From contig JAHQWJ010000147.1 in the NCBI GenBank assembly GCA_029856125.1, forward strand, positions 1 to 64,000: a stretch of DNA of 64,000 bases. Reading direction: 5' to 3'. The stretch is from Promethearchaeia archaeon. GTDB taxonomy: Archaea; Asgardarchaeota; Lokiarchaeia; Sigyniarchaeales; SOKP01. The translations under genes were made by a program, and so were the position numbers. Within the stretch, counting starts at the first letter, position 1, and every line of letters begins with the position of its first letter. Shown here piece by piece: positions 60,044 through 64,000 of this stretch. The notes under the pieces are model-generated. The model had not been told where the DNA came from. It worked only from the letters and a program-made list of their open reading frames with translations, and did no database searches.

Positions 60044-61075
60044 ATGATTAGAGTCGAAATAGAATTATTAACTAATAATATTGTTTTACCTTTTCAAAAT
60101 TTACGAGAAAATCCGGAAATTGATTTTCTTGAATTAAATAAATTATTTGCCTCAAAGTCACTAGCTGAACACGGTTTAGGCTTTTTAATTAATGTTTATG
60201 AAGTGGTAGATTTAGATCATCCTAATAATTATAAATTAATTAAAAAAATTGTGTTTGATACCGGAGGTACAAATCTTACATATTTACATAACATAGATGT
60301 TCGAGGATATCCATTATACGATGTAGATTGCATTGTATTGTCACATTGGCATTATGATCATTCTGGGGGATTATTCAAAATATTAGAACGAATAGATAAG
60401 AAAGTTCCAATTATTAGTCATGAGAGTGCTAAGTTTGAGAGATTTTTTAAGCGAGTTAGAAATTTAAAAAATGAAGATTTGATGGGAAAAAAGAGGACAG
60501 ATCTTTTACATCTGCTCTCATCTTCAAAAATCGTCAGTCAGGAACCAATGAATATAGAGCTTGTTAAAAATTTAAAAGGTCATATCCACTTTACAAAGGA
60601 ACCTTATGAAATCCTCAATATCGAAGGACTTAAAATAGTTGCTAGTGGAGAAATTCCTAGAAATCACACAGAGGAAGATTTTAATAACTTTTTTTCGCTA
60701 CAAGCAGGAATTCTTAATGTTGACAAAATTTTGGACGATAAATGCTTGATTTTAGAGTTTGAGGAAAATATCGTTTTGCTAAACGGATGTTGTCATTCAG
60801 GTTTAATGAATACATTAGATTATGTTAAAAGCTATTCAAGTAAACCAATAAGTCATATTATAGGGGGATTTCATATGGCAGGCGCATCTGATAAAAGGAT
60901 TAGAATTACGCTCGAATATCTAAATTCGCAGAATATGTTTAAAAATACGCTTTATCTCTTTCCAATTCATTGTAGTGGAGAAAAATTCATTGAGATGGCT
61001 AATACAACTAGTAACAATAGAATCAAGGCGTTTAATCCTAGCGTAGGTACAACCTTCTATTTTAAAAAAATTTAA
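60044..61075 (+). CDS. MBL-fold metallo-hydrolase (MptB/dihydropterin-type family)
   Basis: AEHGL, FDTG, LSHWHYDHSGG, DD, GCCHSG, GGFH, HCSG. Confidence 0.85.
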   Translation: MIRVEIELLTNNIVLPFQNLRENPEIDFLELNKLFASKSLAEHGLGFLINVYEVVDLDHPNNYKLIKKIVFDTGGTNLTYLHNIDVRGYPLYDVDCIVLSHWHYDHSGGLFKILERIDKKVPIISHESAKFERFFKRVRNLKNEDLMGKKRTDLLHLLSSSKIVSQEPMNIELVKNLKGHIHFTKEPYEILNIEGLKIVASGEIPRNHTEEDFNNFFSLQAGILNVDKILDDKCLILEFEENIVLLNGCCHSGLMNTLDYVKSYSSKPISHIIGGFHMAGASDKRIRITLEYLNSQNMFKNTLYLFPIHCSGEKFIEMANTTSNNRIKAFNPSVGTTFYFKKI

Positions 61076-61182
61076 AATTTAATCTTTTTGTATTATTATT
61101 GCATTTTAACTTTCAATGAATTTACGGATTAAATAATAAAAAATATAAAGTTATTTATCAATGAAATTATTGATGATTATTT

Positions 61183-61827
61183 ATGAATGTTCGATCATTA
61201 TTGAATAAACGGAAAGTATTTGTTGATGATGTTATAACTGCACTTCTATTAATAATTGTATTATATTTAATCATATTTAATATAAGATTAGCTATTGTGT
61301 CATTGGGTGTGTATCCTTTCTTTTCTCTTATATTGTATGGATTCTATAGATCTTACAAGGGTATTTTTACGAGAAAATTAGATTTTATACTTAGAGGTTT
61401 AAATTTATTATTTGGAATAGCAAGTATTATTTTCTCAATTATTTTTATAAATTCTTTACTTTCACACCGTGACGCACCTGCGAGTTTTAGTATATATCTC
61501 TTAGGAATGCCTATATTTCTTATAGGACTTGCTGGATTATTAAAGGGATTAATTGTTAATGTATACTCTCCTAATTTTCGGTATTTAAATATAATAATCG
61601 GCGCAACCACTGTACTTATTACTGTTATCGCCATAATTTTTGCGGAAACAGGTTTTATGTTTCATATTTTTACTCTTTTGACTACTTTGGCGCTCAACGG
61701 GATATTTAGATCAGCGTTATATTTGAGTGAATATGGATTATCACTAAAAAACATTAAAAATTTAAAACTTGTTTGGTTCATGATGGATAATCTTCCACTA
61801 GAAATACCTCAACTAGAGGAGAATTAG
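61183..61827 (+). CDS. Membrane protein (HdeD/DUF308-like)
   Basis: 6 TM segments with repeated R.LN...G helix-turn units. Confidence 0.6.
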   Translation: MNVRSLLNKRKVFVDDVITALLLIIVLYLIIFNIRLAIVSLGVYPFFSLILYGFYRSYKGIFTRKLDFILRGLNLLFGIASIIFSIIFINSLLSHRDAPASFSIYLLGMPIFLIGLAGLLKGLIVNVYSPNFRYLNIIIGATTVLITVIAIIFAETGFMFHIFTLLTTLALNGIFRSALYLSEYGLSLKNIKNLKLVWFMMDNLPLEIPQLEEN

Positions 61828-61964
61828 ATTTAACTATAAAATAAAATCTCAAGAATTTTTTATCCTCAACTTAAGGTTTTAGTATGAATATTATATCATA
61901 ATCTTTTATTATACATAATATATAAAATTTAAAAAATAATTAATTCAAGGTTTCTGGTTAAATC

Positions 61965-63083
61965 ATGGCAGAAATACATTTTAATAAAGAAAAAGGCTCT
62001 CAAACAAAATTATTCACTCCCGGACCAATCAATATTCCTGAAAGGATATTAAAAGAAATGGCAAAACCAAACGACACCCACAGGTCAAAACCATACACAG
62101 AGATGCATCAACTGGTTGAAGAAGGACTAAAGAAAATTATGTACACATCTAACACTTGCTTAATTTCTACTTCGAGCGCTACAGGATTAATGGAAGCTTG
62201 TGTAAGAAATTTGGTCAAAAGCGACGAAAAGGCTCTTTTTCTATCAATTGGTGCGTTTGGAGATCGTTGGTATAAAATTGGTGTTGCAAACGGGAAGACA
62301 TCCGTAAAAGAGGGCGTTGAATGGGGTAAAGCAGTAACTCCAGAAGTTGCAAAAGATGTTTTAAGCAAAGATAAATACGCTGTAGTTTTCATTCAATCTA
62401 ATGAGACATCCACAGGAGTGTATAATCCAATGGATGAAGTTATTCCGATCATAAAAGATTCTGGGGCTCTTGTATGTGTTGATGCGACGTCTTCCATGGC
62501 TGGTATTAAAATTGAGGTCGATAAATTAGGAATAGATGTATGCTTAGCTTCAGTTCAAAAAGCTTTCACGATCCCACCAGGATTAGCCGTGTGTTCCATA
62601 TCTCAAGCAGCGATTGAAAAGTTTCCACTAGTTAAGAATAGAGGATTTTATTTTGATTTCAGTGATCTACTAAAACGGGCTGAGAAGCATCAAACACCGT
62701 CTACTCCACCTATTCCACAAATTAGGGCTTTAGCCGCTCAAATTGATTATATTTTGAATCAGGAAGGCTTAGAAAATAGATTTGAAAGGCACGCACAACT
62801 TGGTAAACGAACAAGGGAATGGGCAAAAGACACTAATTTTGAAATGTTTCCAGAAAAAGGATACGAATCAAACACGGTCTCTACTATGAAAAATTCTTTA
62901 AATATCGATATTGCAAAAATGGTTTCAACGCTTTTAGAAAACGGTTATCGAATAGTCAACGGTTATGGTGATTTGAAAAACAAGACATTCCGTATTGGTC
63001 ACATGGGTGAAGTTACAGTAAAAGAGCTTGATGAAATGTTAAGCGTTCTATCAGATATCGTATCTGATTTAAGATTAAATTAG
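61965..63083 (+). CDS. Class V PLP aminotransferase (serine-pyruvate / phosphoserine aminotransferase)
   Basis: FTPGP, HRS, NETSTG, VDATSS, SVQKA..PPG, FRIGHMG; lies just upstream of serA. Confidence 0.9.
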   Translation: MAEIHFNKEKGSQTKLFTPGPINIPERILKEMAKPNDTHRSKPYTEMHQLVEEGLKKIMYTSNTCLISTSSATGLMEACVRNLVKSDEKALFLSIGAFGDRWYKIGVANGKTSVKEGVEWGKAVTPEVAKDVLSKDKYAVVFIQSNETSTGVYNPMDEVIPIIKDSGALVCVDATSSMAGIKIEVDKLGIDVCLASVQKAFTIPPGLAVCSISQAAIEKFPLVKNRGFYFDFSDLLKRAEKHQTPSTPPIPQIRALAAQIDYILNQEGLENRFERHAQLGKRTREWAKDTNFEMFPEKGYESNTVSTMKNSLNIDIAKMVSTLLENGYRIVNGYGDLKNKTFRIGHMGEVTVKELDEMLSVLSDIVSDLRLN

Positions 63084-63199
63084 TGAAATTATTAAATCTA
63101 ATATTTTCTTTTATTTTATTGAATAATTGGGGAAAATAATCAAAGTTCTTCTATTTTAATGAAGATAAATATTTAAGTGAAAGAAATAATTTTATTCTG

Positions 63200-63466
63200 A
63201 TGGATAAAGAAAAGAGAGAAGGTAACAGTAAAAGAGAAAAAAACCAAAAAATGGAAAGCAAAAAAGAATTTAAAACGCTTATCTTTGAAATATTAATTGT
63301 TGATATTATATTGTTGCCTTTTTTTATTATATTCTTGTTCCTCTGGGTGTCAAGTATGTTTTTTCTATTTTATTTTATTTTTTTAGGAATTATAATATTT
63401 ATTGGTGTATTGGGCATACTTCTGATTACGAAAAAGATTTCGATAATTAAGTTAAAATCGAGATAG
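63200..63466 (+). CDS. Small two-TM membrane protein
   Basis: Charged N-terminus and two hydrophobic helices; fills the gap on the same strand. Confidence 0.55.
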   Translation: MDKEKREGNSKREKNQKMESKKEFKTLIFEILIVDIILLPFFIIFLFLWVSSMFFLFYFIFLGIIIFIGVLGILLITKKISIIKLKSR

Positions 63467-63590
63467 AATATCGAATGGTATAATTAATTGCGGTATTTAA
63501 AGGGATATAATTAGAACAGCAAAAATTCTTTTATATATTAGTTGATTAGAATAAGTATTCTATTAATTGGAATCATAAGAAGTGAATCGT

Positions 63591-64000
63591 ATGAAAATTT
63601 TGATTAGTGATAAACTTCAAGAAGAGGGCGTGAAGATACTTCAAGAAAATGGGTTTGAGGTCGTCAAGAATTTCGAGATAACTAACGAACAGCTAAAAAA
63701 AGAAATTTGTAACTACGATGGAATAGTAGTTCGTTCCCGAACCAAATTGACGGCAGATGTTTTGGAAAACGCAAAAAATCTTAAAGTCATAGGTAGAGCT
63801 GGGGTAGGTTTAGACAATATAGATAGAAAGAAAGCTGCAGAATTAAATATAGAGGTCTTAAACACACCAGATGCGCCTTCTGTTTCTGTCGCAGAGCTGG
63901 CGCTAGGTCTAATGTTCGCTTTGGCTCGACACATCTCAAATGCTGATCGAACCATGCATCTTGAAGAATGGAATAAAAAACAATACTTAGGGTATACACT
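63591..64000 (+). CDS. serA: D-3-phosphoglycerate / D-2-hydroxyacid dehydrogenase, truncated by the window end
   Basis: Not in the ORF track. Read by hand: MKILISDKL...VVRSRTKLT...VIGRAGVGLDNID...NTPDA.SVSVAEL..GL.FALAR. Confidence 0.88.
   Translation, partial: MKILISDKLQEEGVKILQENGFEVVKNFEITNEQLKKEICNYDGIVVRSRTKLTADVLENAKNLKVIGRAGVGLDNIDRKKAAELNIEVLNTPDAPSVSVAELALGLMFALARHISNADRTMHLEEWNKKQYLGYT

Overview
AT-rich archaeal chromosome segment with about 53 protein genes, 2 intronless tRNAs lacking encoded CCA, and no CRISPR array or IS element seen. Archaeal markers (aCPSF1/FttA, proteasome beta, A1-U72 tRNA-Gln) plus an EF-2 paralog without the diphthamide His and four ITPK1-like kinases around an inositol-phosphate synthase point to Asgard archaea, most likely Lokiarchaeia (inference). 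Most genes are housekeeping or catabolic (BadI/MenB-like hydrolase, corrinoid methyltransferase pair, GT87 glycosyltransferases, GH2/GH4 sugar cluster, serine biosynthesis). Highlights: (1) an inositol-polyphosphate cluster at 36.5-42.8 kb; (2) two tandem coiled-coil paralogs, plus an ATL gene, whose conserved N-termini can only be made from AUU/AUC starts behind GGTG Shine-Dalgarno sites; (3) a 790-aa protein joining Zn fingers, DDRGK1/UFL1-like tandem winged helices and a BBS/adaptin-like GAE-platform appendage; (4) a box C/D guide RNA between purN and the EF-2 paralog predicted to methylate C34 of tRNA-Leu(CAA); (5) an unexplained 170-nt multi-stem, possibly pseudoknotted RNA at 23197-23366; (6) a tRNA-Gln(CUG) with C33 instead of the near-universal U33; (7) IFT52-GIFT-like and Par14-like proteins. 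All family calls are by eye from motifs; no database search was run.
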